From the NCBI GenBank assembly GCA_021325355.1, contig JAJPHI010000009.1:387144-451143 (forward strand): a stretch of DNA of 64,000 nt, written 5' to 3'. Shown here piece by piece: positions 28,764-38,453 of the stretch (within the stretch, counting starts at the first letter, position 1; every line of letters begins with the position of its first letter). The DNA comes from Pseudomonadota bacterium. GTDB lineage: Bacteria > Desulfobacterota > Binatia > Binatales > Binataceae. The notes beneath the pieces were generated by a model, which did no database searches, was not told the origin of the DNA, and saw nothing but the letters and a program-made list of their open reading frames with translations. Position numbers and translations under genes: made by a program.

Positions 28764-29018
28764 GCCGCAGTGCTTGGCGCTGACGGTTCCGCGGCTTCCG
28801 AGGGACCGCCTCCTCGCCTGCCCGGCATTCATCCGCGGCGCGCCGGACGGAACGTCGGCGCGCGCCGACGCCATCCGGTTTGCGCGCATGAAAATTCCCT
28901 AATTCAATTCCGCCCGCGACCTGTGCTAGCTCTACCAGCTACGATCGGTTTTTGGGGATAGCCGGTCGGCGACCGTAAATCGTCCGCCATGGGGACCTGG
29001 GGACGTAGGAGAGTGTAG

Positions 29019-31409
29019 ATGACCGCGAACACCTCTTCCCGCCGGAGCTTCGGGGCACTCCTGCTCGACTATCGTCAGCCCGTTGGACTGCTGCTGATGG
29101 TCGTTACGCTGGTAATGTTCTACTTCGCTCTGCATCTGCCGATCGCGACCCGTTTCGAAGACCTGTTCCCGGCGGACCATCCCAACGTGGTGCTGTACCG
29201 CCAGTTGCGCGGGGCCTATGGCGGCGCGCAGACCCTTGTCCTGATGATCCGGGTCAAGGACGGCGACATCTTCAATCCCAAAACGCTGCTCGCGATCCAG
29301 CAGATGAACGACGAGGTCAACAAGCTGCCGGGCGTCAATCACAACGAGGTCTTTTCGCTCGCCTCCTACCGCGTGCTCTATGCGCGCGCGTTGCCTGGAA
29401 CTCTGGCTTCGACGCCGTTCATGTATCCGAAGGTGCCGGACACGCCGGCGCAGATCGCCGAGCTGCGCACGCTCGTCCAGGAGCACGGCACGCAGCTTGC
29501 CGGCCTCGTCACGCCCGACCTCAAAGGCGCTCTGGTGATCGCCGGCTTCAACGACTATGCGCTGGATTACGGCACGATTTTCGACGCGGTGCAGAACCTG
29601 ATTCATGAGCACGAAGACGCCAACACCCGCGTCTATGCCACCGGCGCCGTGATGTTCGCCGCATGGGGCTATCATTACCTGCCGCGCCTGAGCGCGATTT
29701 TCGGCGCCTCGGCGCTGCTCATGATCCTGCTTACGGCGGTTTGTCTCGGGGGACGCGTCGGCTGGTGGGCGCCCGTCGTGACGGGACTGTCCGCGGCCTT
29801 CTGGGGCATGGGTTTCATGGCCCTGATGGGCTACAGCTTCGATCCGATCATGCTGGTGATCCCCCTGATCATGACGGCGCGCGACCTCGGCCATGGGATC
29901 CAGTGGCAGGGCGCCTATTACGATGAATTCGCACGGCTCGACGATCCGGTGGCGGCGTGCGTCGCCGCCGCCGATTCGATGCTGCGGCCGGGCCTGCTCG
30001 CGATCCTCGCAAGCGTCGCCGGCATCGTGTTCGTCGCCACCGGCGATATTCCCGTGCTTCGCCAAATCGGCCTCGGCGGCGCGGTGTGGATGGGTTCGAG
30101 TCTCGTCGTCGTGCTGTTGGGCCAGCCGATCCTGGTGAGCTACCTGCGCGCGCCCGCCCGCGACCGTGTGCCGGAACGCAGCCGGCTCGAACGTCTGGCG
30201 CGGCTTCCGCTGGCCGGCAACGGCGCGCGGACGGGACTGATCGCGCTTGGTCTGCTGGTCGGCGCGATCGGTTTGCTTGCCTACCGCTACGTCGGGATCG
30301 GGTACCAGACGCCGGGCACGCCCATCTATCGGACCGATGCCAAGGTCAACCTGGATACGGCGGAAGTCGGCAAGTTCGTGCCGTCAAATTTTGCCTGGGT
30401 CGTGCTCGAGACGCCTGAATATCCTGACCCGCGCTCGACAATGGGCACCAAAACGCTGCGGATGACCGACGATCTGGGCAACTACCTGATCGAAAAGGGC
30501 GACGCGGTGGCGGTGCTCGACTTCGCCAATGTCGCCGAAAAACCGATGGATCAATTGCTGCACAACGGCTCGCCCAAGTTCCTGGCCCTGCCGGATACCG
30601 AGCAGCTCAGCGCCGCCTTGTGGGGTTTCTTCTTTGGCGCCTCGGCGCCCGATGAACCCAAGGCCTACTTCGCCCACGAACCGTCGGCGAGAAGCGCGAG
30701 CGTGCGGATCCTCCTGCCGGATCACACCACCGCGCGTCTCAACAAGCTCCGCGCCGACCTCGACGCCTTTGTGCGCGAGCGCGTCGCCAGCGATCCCGAG
30801 CTCAAAGGCGTCACCCTCCGCTATGTCGGCGGCGAGGCCGGACTCTACCAGGCTATCGACGACGTCACTCCCGGGCTGAATCTCCGAAACCTCGGCCTGA
30901 CGCTCGGGGCGATCTTCGTCGCCGGATCACTGGTGATGTGGTCGCCGCTGGCCGGTCTGATCCTGCTGTTGCTCGCCGCGATGGCGAATTTTCCCGGCTT
31001 TCTCTTCATGGCCGTGGGCGGTATCGGACTGACCGCGGATACGATCCCGGTGCTGTCGCTGGGCCTGGGTGTCGGTGTGGTATTTTCCATTTACCTGCTC
31101 GGCTCGATCCGCGCCCAGATGGTCCGCGGTGCCGCGCTCAACGAAGCGATTGCGGCGGCGCTCGGCACGACCGGCCGCTGGGTCGGCGGCAGCTTCATCG
31201 TGATCGTCGGCGGGCTTATTCCGTGGGCCTTCTCGCCGTTGCTCTTCCACAACGAGATGAGCACGATCCTGATTCTCCTGATGATCACCAACCTGACTGC
31301 GGCGCTGCTGATCCTGCCGGCGATGGTCGCCTCACTGCGTCCCGCTTTCGCGCGGGCGACGGCCTTTGCGGCCGAAGACGAGGTGCGCGGCGGCCGCGCG
31401 GTCTCCTAG
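29019..31409 (+). CDS. MMPL/RND-superfamily membrane transporter
   Basis: 796 aa. Two blocks of about six TM helices separated by large hydrophilic loops. N-terminus typical of MMPL/RND exporters. Confidence 0.75.
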   Translation: MTANTSSRRSFGALLLDYRQPVGLLLMVVTLVMFYFALHLPIATRFEDLFPADHPNVVLYRQLRGAYGGAQTLVLMIRVKDGDIFNPKTLLAIQQMNDEVNKLPGVNHNEVFSLASYRVLYARALPGTLASTPFMYPKVPDTPAQIAELRTLVQEHGTQLAGLVTPDLKGALVIAGFNDYALDYGTIFDAVQNLIHEHEDANTRVYATGAVMFAAWGYHYLPRLSAIFGASALLMILLTAVCLGGRVGWWAPVVTGLSAAFWGMGFMALMGYSFDPIMLVIPLIMTARDLGHGIQWQGAYYDEFARLDDPVAACVAAADSMLRPGLLAILASVAGIVFVATGDIPVLRQIGLGGAVWMGSSLVVVLLGQPILVSYLRAPARDRVPERSRLERLARLPLAGNGARTGLIALGLLVGAIGLLAYRYVGIGYQTPGTPIYRTDAKVNLDTAEVGKFVPSNFAWVVLETPEYPDPRSTMGTKTLRMTDDLGNYLIEKGDAVAVLDFANVAEKPMDQLLHNGSPKFLALPDTEQLSAALWGFFFGASAPDEPKAYFAHEPSARSASVRILLPDHTTARLNKLRADLDAFVRERVASDPELKGVTLRYVGGEAGLYQAIDDVTPGLNLRNLGLTLGAIFVAGSLVMWSPLAGLILLLLAAMANFPGFLFMAVGGIGLTADTIPVLSLGLGVGVVFSIYLLGSIRAQMVRGAALNEAIAAALGTTGRWVGGSFIVIVGGLIPWAFSPLLFHNEMSTILILLMITNLTAALLILPAMVASLRPAFARATAFAAEDEVRGGRAVS

Positions 31410-32728
31410 CCCGCGCGCGCCGCGGGCCTCGGCTCCCCACTCGTCGCGGCCGGCGCGGCGGCGGCCGCGTCGAGCGGCTTGCGGCATCGCATAATCAACT
31501 CGCTCCCCGCGACGTAGGCCGTCTCCTCATGGACGAAGCCGTGCCGTTCTAAAACCTCGGTCAGGCTGCGGCGCGTGTAGTGCGTAATATGTTCGTCGCG
31601 ATAGCCGCCGGGCATCAGGAAGCCGTACACCGGTTCGATCATTCGCCAGCCGAGCGTGGCGTAATCGGGCGTGCCGATGATCAGCCGGCCGCCGGGCTCG
31701 AGCACACGCCAGAGCTCGCGGAACAGCAGTTCATCGTAGGGGATATGCTCGATCACCTGCGAGCTGATGACGCAGTCAAACACGCCGTCCCTGAAGGGCA
31801 GGGCAAACGCCGACGCGCGCAGCAGTGGAATGCCCGCGCGCCGCAGGAAACGCAGTTTATCGGCGTTGATATCCATACCGATAGCATTGTTCAGGCTCTG
31901 AATGATCATGCTCGAGCCGCAGCCCGCGTCGAGGATGCGTGCCGCGCCGCGCGCCCACGCCGTGGTGATCCGATGGCGGCGGCGCTGCCAGTAGCGCTGC
32001 ACCGGAATCAGGCTGTAAAACGCCCGGTCGTCGTAGTCGGCCGAATTGATCGAGTTGCGGAGCGCCCACAAGCGAAAGCCGGCGCGCGTCAGATCCCATC
32101 CGAAACGCGTCAGCCGCGCGTGCGATCGCCCGCTCTCGCGCGGGAAGTAGGTGAACGGAACTTCGTGCACGCGATAGCCCCGGGCGTAGGCTTTGACCAG
32201 GATCTCCTCGAGCACCTCGAAATTGCGCGCTTCGAGCTTTAGACCCTCGAGCGCGCTGCGCCGATAGAGGCGGAACCCGCTCGACATATCCCGCACCGGC
32301 ATCGACAGCAGCCTGCGCATGTAGAAATTCAAGGCCCGACTCAGGAGGCGGCGCGTCAGCGGCGCATAGGCCATCCCGCCGCGCGTGTAGCGCGAAGCGA
32401 TGATGATGTCGGCCTGCTCGCGCGCCCGCCATAGCTTGGCGACGAAATCCGGCTCGTGCGACAGATCGGCGTCGAGCGTCAGGACGTAGTCGCCGGCGGC
32501 CGCGGCGAACCCGGTTTCGAGCGCGCCCGCATAGCCGGGCCGCCGCTCCGGGATGACCCGCGCGCCGCGCTCGCGCGCCAGCTCCTGCGTGCCATCGCGC
32601 GAACCGCCGTCGATCACCAGCACCTCGAAGCCGAGATGCATCCGGCGCATCAGCGCGTCGATCCGCGGCAGCAGTTCGGCGAGGTTCGCGCGTTCGTTCA
32701 AGACCGGCAGGATAATCGAAAGGTCCAT
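31406..32728 (-). CDS. Bifunctional glycosyltransferase family 2 / class I SAM-dependent methyltransferase fusion protein
   Basis: N-terminal 'MDLSIILPVLNERANLAELL...EVLVIDGGSRDGT' GT2/DPM-synthase-like. C-terminal 'ILDAGCGSSMI...VFDCVISSQVIEHIP...LEPGGRLII' methyltransferase motifs I, II and post-I. Start at internal ATG 32728. Confidence 0.75.
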   Translation of the reverse strand: MDLSIILPVLNERANLAELLPRIDALMRRMHLGFEVLVIDGGSRDGTQELARERGARVIPERRPGYAGALETGFAAAAGDYVLTLDADLSHEPDFVAKLWRAREQADIIIASRYTRGGMAYAPLTRRLLSRALNFYMRRLLSMPVRDMSSGFRLYRRSALEGLKLEARNFEVLEEILVKAYARGYRVHEVPFTYFPRESGRSHARLTRFGWDLTRAGFRLWALRNSINSADYDDRAFYSLIPVQRYWQRRRHRITTAWARGAARILDAGCGSSMIIQSLNNAIGMDINADKLRFLRRAGIPLLRASAFALPFRDGVFDCVISSQVIEHIPYDELLFRELWRVLEPGGRLIIGTPDYATLGWRMIEPVYGFLMPGGYRDEHITHYTRRSLTEVLERHGFVHEETAYVAGSELIMRCRKPLDAAAAAPAATSGEPRPAARAG

Positions 32729-32976
32729 GTACTGAAGGATGTTTATTGATCGGCGACGGCCAAGGAAACTCTCCGGTGCCAAATACTTGCGCTGAAGAGA
32801 TCCGGGCCGTAGTCTTTTTTGCCGCGGAGCGTTTGCTTCAAAACCGCTTACCGGCCGCCTGTGTGAGCGGCGCCACAGGCCTTTCAAGCGATCGGAACCG
32901 GCACCGCAGCGGCGGGCGCGAGGGGCAGCGCCGCAAGGGGAGACGGGTTGTGGATGCGATCTTTCGATGTTGCGCC

Positions 32977-34239
32977 ATGCGGACGGTTATCGCGGCGGGG
33001 CTGGTGCTTATCGCGGTAAGCATGATGCCGGCCGCGCGCGCGGCGAGTCTCCGTCAGGCTCACCGGCTGCGCAGTCCGAAAGCACCGACGCCGCCGGCCG
33101 TGCCGCTCAACCAAATCCGCGTCTTCGGGAATCTGCCGGCGCCGTTCGCGGTGGCCGGCTCCGCCGCCGATCTCGTCGCCCTGCATAGTGGCGCCGAGCT
33201 CTACGCCTTCAACGAGCACGCCAAAACGCAGCCCGCCAGCCTCGCCAAGATCATGACCTTCTATCTGACCCTCGAGGCGCTCAAGCAGGGCCGTATCACG
33301 CTCGACACGCAGATGCCGGTCAGCGAAACGGCGTGGCGCCTGTCGCTCAATGACACGGTGTCGCGCATGTTCCTGCAGGTCGGTCAGAAGGTCGCGGTGC
33401 GCGACCTGCTCTACGGCTTGATGGTCTCGTCGGGAAATGACGCCGCGGTCGTGTTGTCCGAATATCTCGCCGGCAGCACCACCGCCTTCGCCGAAGAAAT
33501 GAACAAGAAGGCCGCCGAACTCGGCATGACCGAGACCCATTTCACCAATCCCGACGGTCTGCCGCAGCCCGGCGAGTACACGACAGCGGCCGATATGGTG
33601 AAGCTCGGGCGCGCGCTGCTGGAGAATTTTCCCAACGCGCTCGAATACACTTCGACCAAGGTCTTCACTTTCAAGACGGTCGGCCCGGAAAATCGCCCGG
33701 TGACCATCTCGCAGCGCAACTTCAACACGCTGCTGTTCTATGACTCGCGCGTCAACGGCATCAAGACCGGCCATGTCGACGAGGCCGGCTACCATCTTGT
33801 CGCTTCGGCGCACACCGACGACCTCGAGTTGATTTCCGCGGTCTTCGGCACTTCCAGCATGGAGGCGCGACGCGTCGAGACTGACAAGCTGCTGGAATGG
33901 GCCTTCCAGACCTTCATCACGGTCCATCCCAACTGGCACAAGGCGGCGCCGGCGACCGTCCGCGTCTATGAGGGCGACGTCGATGAAGTGCCGATCGCGC
34001 CGGCCGGCGGCGACGCTTACTTCACCGTTGTCCGCGGACAGGAGGGCCGGATCAAGCTGACCGCGGAGATGAACAAGACGCCGCTGGTGGCGCCGGTCGC
34101 GCAAGGCACCACGGTCGGCCAGCTCACCGTGATGCTCGGGGACAAGCCGCTCTCATCCCAACCGATCGTGACGCAGGCCGCGGTCAAGCCCGGCAGCTAT
34201 CTGCATCAATGGATGGACGCGCTCCGTCTGCGCCTCTAG
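32977..34239 (+). CDS. D-alanyl-D-alanine carboxypeptidase (peptidase S11, PBP5/6-like) with signal peptide
   Basis: Signal peptide 'MRTVIAAGLVLIAVSMMPAARA'. SxxK 'ASLAK', SGN 'SSGND', and a C-terminal beta-sandwich-length extension. Confidence 0.8.
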   Translation: MRTVIAAGLVLIAVSMMPAARAASLRQAHRLRSPKAPTPPAVPLNQIRVFGNLPAPFAVAGSAADLVALHSGAELYAFNEHAKTQPASLAKIMTFYLTLEALKQGRITLDTQMPVSETAWRLSLNDTVSRMFLQVGQKVAVRDLLYGLMVSSGNDAAVVLSEYLAGSTTAFAEEMNKKAAELGMTETHFTNPDGLPQPGEYTTAADMVKLGRALLENFPNALEYTSTKVFTFKTVGPENRPVTISQRNFNTLLFYDSRVNGIKTGHVDEAGYHLVASAHTDDLELISAVFGTSSMEARRVETDKLLEWAFQTFITVHPNWHKAAPATVRVYEGDVDEVPIAPAGGDAYFTVVRGQEGRIKLTAEMNKTPLVAPVAQGTTVGQLTVMLGDKPLSSQPIVTQAAVKPGSYLHQWMDALRLRL

Positions 34240-34333
34240 CGAGCATCGCGCCAACCGTTCTCCACCCAGGCGGGTTTCGCTTCAATCAGCAGGGCGCGAG
34301 AGGGAGGCCCCAGCCTCCCTCTCGCGCGACGGT

Positions 34334-35221
34334 TCAATTGGCGTTTTCGACGATAAACCCGCCGGCCCGCTCGATTGCCTGCTGACCTTCGGGCAGAAAG
34401 CTCGCGAACAGATGCCACACGTGAATCATCTCGGGCCAGATTTCGAGCTTGGTCGGCACACCGGCGGCCTTGGCTCGCTCGGCCAGACGATTCGAATCAT
34501 CCAGCAAGGTCTCCGCATCGCCGACCTGGATCAGCAGCGGCGGCAGACCCTTGAGGTCAGCATAGAGCGGCGCCGCCAGCGGCGTCTTGGGATCCTTGCC
34601 CTGCAGGTAGGCCTGCGCCATCTGCAGCAGTCCCTCCTTGCGGACGACCGGGTCGGCGTCGACGCGCGTCTTCATCGACTCGCCGAGACCTTCCATATCG
34701 ACCCAGGGGGAGATCAGCACGCCGGCGCCGGGCGTCGGCAGTTTCTGATCGCGGATCGCGACCAGCGTCGCCGCCGTCAGGCCGCCGCCCGCCGAGTCAC
34801 CGGCAACGGCTACGCGCGACGGCTTGGCGCCCTGCGCCAGCAACCATTTATAGCCCGCCACCGCATCATCGACCGCGGCCGGGAAGGGATGTTCGGGGGC
34901 GAGGCGGTAATTGAGACCCAGCACGCGCGCCTTGGCCGCGCGCGACAGCCGCGCCATCAAATCGCGATGGGATTGCACAGACCCGATCACATAACCGCCG
35001 CCGTGCAGATAGAGCACAAAGCGGTCGTCGGCCGCACCGGGGGCGCACACCCATTCCGCATCCACGCCGCCGGCGTTGACCTTCTGGCATTGCACGTCGG
35101 CAGCCGGTGTCGGTGCCATCTGGTCAAACGCACGCCGCAAATCCTGAGGGGTCGCGTTCGCCATCTGCGATGCCATCTGTTTCATCGCATCGATCGCCTG
35201 TTTGAGCTGCGGACTCGCCAT
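34334..35221 (-). CDS. Alpha/beta hydrolase (esterase/lipase, HSL-like fold-3)
   Basis: 'LYLHGGGYVIGS' oxyanion HGGG motif and 'GDSAGGG' nucleophile elbow. Confidence 0.8.
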   Translation of the reverse strand: MASPQLKQAIDAMKQMASQMANATPQDLRRAFDQMAPTPAADVQCQKVNAGGVDAEWVCAPGAADDRFVLYLHGGGYVIGSVQSHRDLMARLSRAAKARVLGLNYRLAPEHPFPAAVDDAVAGYKWLLAQGAKPSRVAVAGDSAGGGLTAATLVAIRDQKLPTPGAGVLISPWVDMEGLGESMKTRVDADPVVRKEGLLQMAQAYLQGKDPKTPLAAPLYADLKGLPPLLIQVGDAETLLDDSNRLAERAKAAGVPTKLEIWPEMIHVWHLFASFLPEGQQAIERAGGFIVENAN

Positions 35222-35469
35222 CTCATCGATCTCCTTTGTTCAACTTCCATCCACGCACTGTGGGCGAAGCCTAGTCAACCCTTCCGCTCATCGCAAACTC
35301 GCCGTTTCGCCCTGAGGCGCCCGATCGCGGACGAACGCGCCTCGAGAGCGGCGATTTTGCGCCTCCATGCCGCCGCCGTCCGGAGGATAAGCGCGCGCGC
35401 CTTGCTTGACTGTCGGGTGCGCGTCGATGCTTGATCGGACGAGAGCCTCGGTTCGCACAAGGAGCGGCA

Positions 35470-36405
35470 ATGAAGATTCTGGTCATGGGCGCGGGCGGCG
35501 TCGGCGCCTATTATGGGGCGAAACTGCAGCAGGCGGGTGAAGACGTCACCCTCTGTGCGCGCGGCGATAACCTGCGCGCGATGCGCGAAAACGGCCTTTC
35601 CGTCCAAAGCTTCAAAGGTGACTTTCACGTCAGGGTCAAAGCCACCGGCGAACCTCGGGAGTTTGCCCCCTACGACCTGATCCTGTTCGCGGTCAAATCC
35701 TACGATACCGAATCTGCCGCAAAACAGATCCAGGGTTGTCTCGCCCCCGACGGCATCCTGATGACGATCCAGAACGGCGTCGAGAATGAGGAGGTGCTCT
35801 GCCGCTTCTTCCCCCGCGAGGCCGTGATGGGCGGCAATTCGCGGATCGGCGCCGACATGGTGGCGCCGGGCCGCCTGAACCATACCGCGCTCGGCGTGAT
35901 CGAGTTCGGCGAGATCGACGGCCGCATCACGCCGCGCGCCGAACGGCTCAAGGAGCTGTTCGAGCGCGCCGGAATTTACGGCGAGCTCACCGCCGACCTC
36001 AAGACCATCCGCTGGTACAAGCTGATGGGGAATAACAGCACCAACAGCGTCAGCGCGCTGACCCGGACCACGCTCGGCCAGATGCTCGAGGATCCCGAGG
36101 GCTACAACCTGGTGCGCACGCTGATGCTCGAAACGCTCGCGGTCGGCCGCGCCGAGGGCGCCAAAGTCGTCGACGAGCGCGTCGATCTGCAGCTCAAGCA
36201 GATTCGCCAGATCAACGCCTACGCAATCAAGACCTCGACCCTGCAGGATTTGGAAAAAGGCAAGCCGCTCGAATACGAGGCGATTTCCGGGGCGGTCGTG
36301 CGCGCCGCCCGCCGCCATAACATGCGCGTTCCAGCAACCGAGACGGTCTATGCGCTGCTGAAACTGCTCGAGAGCACGCGCCGTAAAAAAGCTGATCGCC
36401 CGTGA
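35470..36405 (+). CDS. panE: 2-dehydropantoate 2-reductase (ketopantoate reductase)
   Basis: 'MKILVMGAGGVGAYYGAKL' Rossmann N-terminus of ApbA/PanE. GGAG RBS 8 nt upstream of ATG 35470. Confidence 0.8.
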   Translation: MKILVMGAGGVGAYYGAKLQQAGEDVTLCARGDNLRAMRENGLSVQSFKGDFHVRVKATGEPREFAPYDLILFAVKSYDTESAAKQIQGCLAPDGILMTIQNGVENEEVLCRFFPREAVMGGNSRIGADMVAPGRLNHTALGVIEFGEIDGRITPRAERLKELFERAGIYGELTADLKTIRWYKLMGNNSTNSVSALTRTTLGQMLEDPEGYNLVRTLMLETLAVGRAEGAKVVDERVDLQLKQIRQINAYAIKTSTLQDLEKGKPLEYEAISGAVVRAARRHNMRVPATETVYALLKLLESTRRKKADRP

Positions 36406-36923
36406 TAAGAAGCATGAACCGCGCGAACCTCGCCGCCGGGGCCTTCGTCGTCGCCTTGACCGCCTTGGGTCCATGGTGGATGGCCTGCTCGATCCCATCG
36501 ACCGGTCAGATTTTGCCGACTGCCGCCGCGCCTCCTGCGGCAAATCCGGATACCACCGGATGGGTGCTCGTCTACCCGCCGCTTAGACCCTATGCCAGCG
36601 ACCGCACGCCGCAGATGGGCGGGCCATTGGCCTTGCCCGCCGGATGGCAGGAGCGGCGCAGCGGCGGCAGCGATATCTCAATCGACCGAATCGACACCAG
36701 CGCGCCGCTGTCCAAGTGGCAGCGCGCAGGGATGTTCAGTTTCACCAGTCAGAAGGACTGTGAAGACGCCCGTCAGGGCGAGAGCGAGCGTTACAATGAT
36801 CCGCGCTATGTGGCGCAGGGCGAGCCCCGCACCCACGATCTGTTGGTCGATCCGGTTTTCATGAAGGAACTGGTGGCGGACGGCAAATGCGTCGAGGCGT
36901 CGAGCCTGACCGGCGCGCACTGA
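36402..36923 (+). CDS. Secreted hypothetical protein (signal peptide, possible lipoprotein)
   Basis: GTG at 36402 overlaps the panE stop (GTGA). Alternative ATG at 36414. Hydrophobic signal 'LAAGAFVVALTALGPWWMACS'. Confidence 0.5.
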   Translation: MIRSMNRANLAAGAFVVALTALGPWWMACSIPSTGQILPTAAAPPAANPDTTGWVLVYPPLRPYASDRTPQMGGPLALPAGWQERRSGGSDISIDRIDTSAPLSKWQRAGMFSFTSQKDCEDARQGESERYNDPRYVAQGEPRTHDLLVDPVFMKELVADGKCVEASSLTGAH

Positions 36924-37009
36924 TCGCCGCCGCCGGTCCGGCCGGCGGTTGCCCAGGCCCTCAGCAAACCCACTATCGGCGGCCGGCCTGCAGCACCGGC
37001 GCGCAACGG

Positions 37010-37138
37010 CTAGCGCTTGCCGCGCAAACGCGTCCGGCGCATCCGGCGCTTGCGCGCGCGCACCTGAGTCGGTTCTGTGCGACGCTTCAAACTCAGCTTG
37101 CGGTTGCGGCGGTTACGTGTTTTCGAGGCCGGTGTCAT
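37010..37138 (-). CDS. Candidate 42-aa extremely basic (Arg/Lys-rich) mini-protein, translationally coupled to the upstream carboxypeptidase gene
   Basis: Minus-strand ATG at 37138 overlaps the TGA stop of the S11 peptidase gene (ATGA). It encodes 'MTPASKTRNRRNRKLSLKRRTEPTQVRARKRRMRRTRLRGKR'. Not in the ORF track (under 60 aa). Could be spurious. Confidence 0.25.
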   Translation of the reverse strand: MTPASKTRNRRNRKLSLKRRTEPTQVRARKRRMRRTRLRGKR

Positions 37139-38418
37139 CGCTTCTCCTGCGGATCAATCGTCAGCCGCGGCGCCACCGCGGGCAGCACTGCCGCGGGCGG
37201 CATCGAGGTCGTTCCGCTACTCGGTTCGTGAACGCCGGCCATGCTAGCAGAAGTCGGCGCGCTCGCCGATAGCGGACAGATCGCGTCCACCCGGCTGAGC
37301 ACCTCGCTGCCGTCCAGCACTTCGACGGCGCCGATGGGCTGGCCGTCGCTCAGCGGCCCCTGAACGACCGTCGGGATCTTGTATTCGAGGTGTAAGCGAT
37401 CGATCGCCGACTTGGGCATCACCAGGTCAAGATCGCTTTCCGCGATCGGCTGAATCTCGGGACCCTGCGCGACCTGGACGTGCACCGGCAGGCTCTCGCC
37501 GCGCGTCACCAGGTGAACCTTCTCGAAATTATCGAAGCCCCAGTTCAACAGTCGCGCGCTCTGAATAAATCGTTGCGGATTGGACGGCGCACCCAGCACG
37601 ACCGAGATTAGCCGCATGTCACCGCGCTTCGCCGTCGCCGTCAGATTGAAGCCGGCATGATAGGTGAAGCCGGTCTTGAGCCCGTCGCAGCCGTCGAAAT
37701 GGCCCACCAGATGGTTGGTGTTGTGCAGCATCACGCGGCCACCATCGAAGGGCGCCGTCTGCATCGAGGACCATTGCAGCAGGTTCGTGGTCAGAATCAG
37801 ATGACGCGCGAGAATCGCCAGATCATGCGCGGTGGTGAAATCCACGTCATGCGCGGGGATCGGCGGCAGCCCGTCAACGGTCTCATAATGAGTATTAGCC
37901 ATGCCCAATTCGCGGGCCTTGGCGTTCATCAGGCGCACGCAGCCATCGACCGAACCGCCAACCTTCTCGGCCACGGCGACGGCGGCGTCGTTGGCCGAAC
38001 GAATCAGCGCGGCCTTCATCAACTCACCCAGTGGATAGACGTCGCCCGGATGGAGTCCGAGGCGTGAGCCGCCGGTAAGCGCCGCGCGCATCGACACCCG
38101 CACCGGATCGTTATACGTAGCGCGGCCGGCGCGAATCTGGTCCTCCGCCACCGCGAGAAGCATCATCTTCGCCATCGAGGCCGGCGGCCACGATAAATCG
38201 GGATTAACCGCGAACAGGACCGTTCCCCGGTCGGCGTCCATCAGCAGCGCCGCATGGTAAAGCGGCACCGCCTGTCGCGCATGGGTCCGGCGATGATGCA
38301 GGGGACGTCGGCGCAGGACTGCCCGTGCCGGAGCGATCTGAGACAGCAGCAGCAGTCCCGCCATCGCGAATCGCCAACTCCACCACCATCCACCCCGCCG
38401 TCGCGAAACCTCGGCCAT
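37135..38418 (-). CDS. D-alanyl-D-alanine carboxypeptidase (peptidase S11), second copy
   Basis: Signal peptide, SxxK 'ASMAKMM', 'SANDAAVAVAE' SxN region, 'KTGFT' KTG motif. Confidence 0.8.
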   Translation of the reverse strand: MAEVSRRRGGWWWSWRFAMAGLLLLSQIAPARAVLRRRPLHHRRTHARQAVPLYHAALLMDADRGTVLFAVNPDLSWPPASMAKMMLLAVAEDQIRAGRATYNDPVRVSMRAALTGGSRLGLHPGDVYPLGELMKAALIRSANDAAVAVAEKVGGSVDGCVRLMNAKARELGMANTHYETVDGLPPIPAHDVDFTTAHDLAILARHLILTTNLLQWSSMQTAPFDGGRVMLHNTNHLVGHFDGCDGLKTGFTYHAGFNLTATAKRGDMRLISVVLGAPSNPQRFIQSARLLNWGFDNFEKVHLVTRGESLPVHVQVAQGPEIQPIAESDLDLVMPKSAIDRLHLEYKIPTVVQGPLSDGQPIGAVEVLDGSEVLSRVDAICPLSASAPTSASMAGVHEPSSGTTSMPPAAVLPAVAPRLTIDPQEKR

Positions 38419-38453
38419 CTGTCCTCCCCCGGAGAAGCCTCTGGCGCGCGTCT

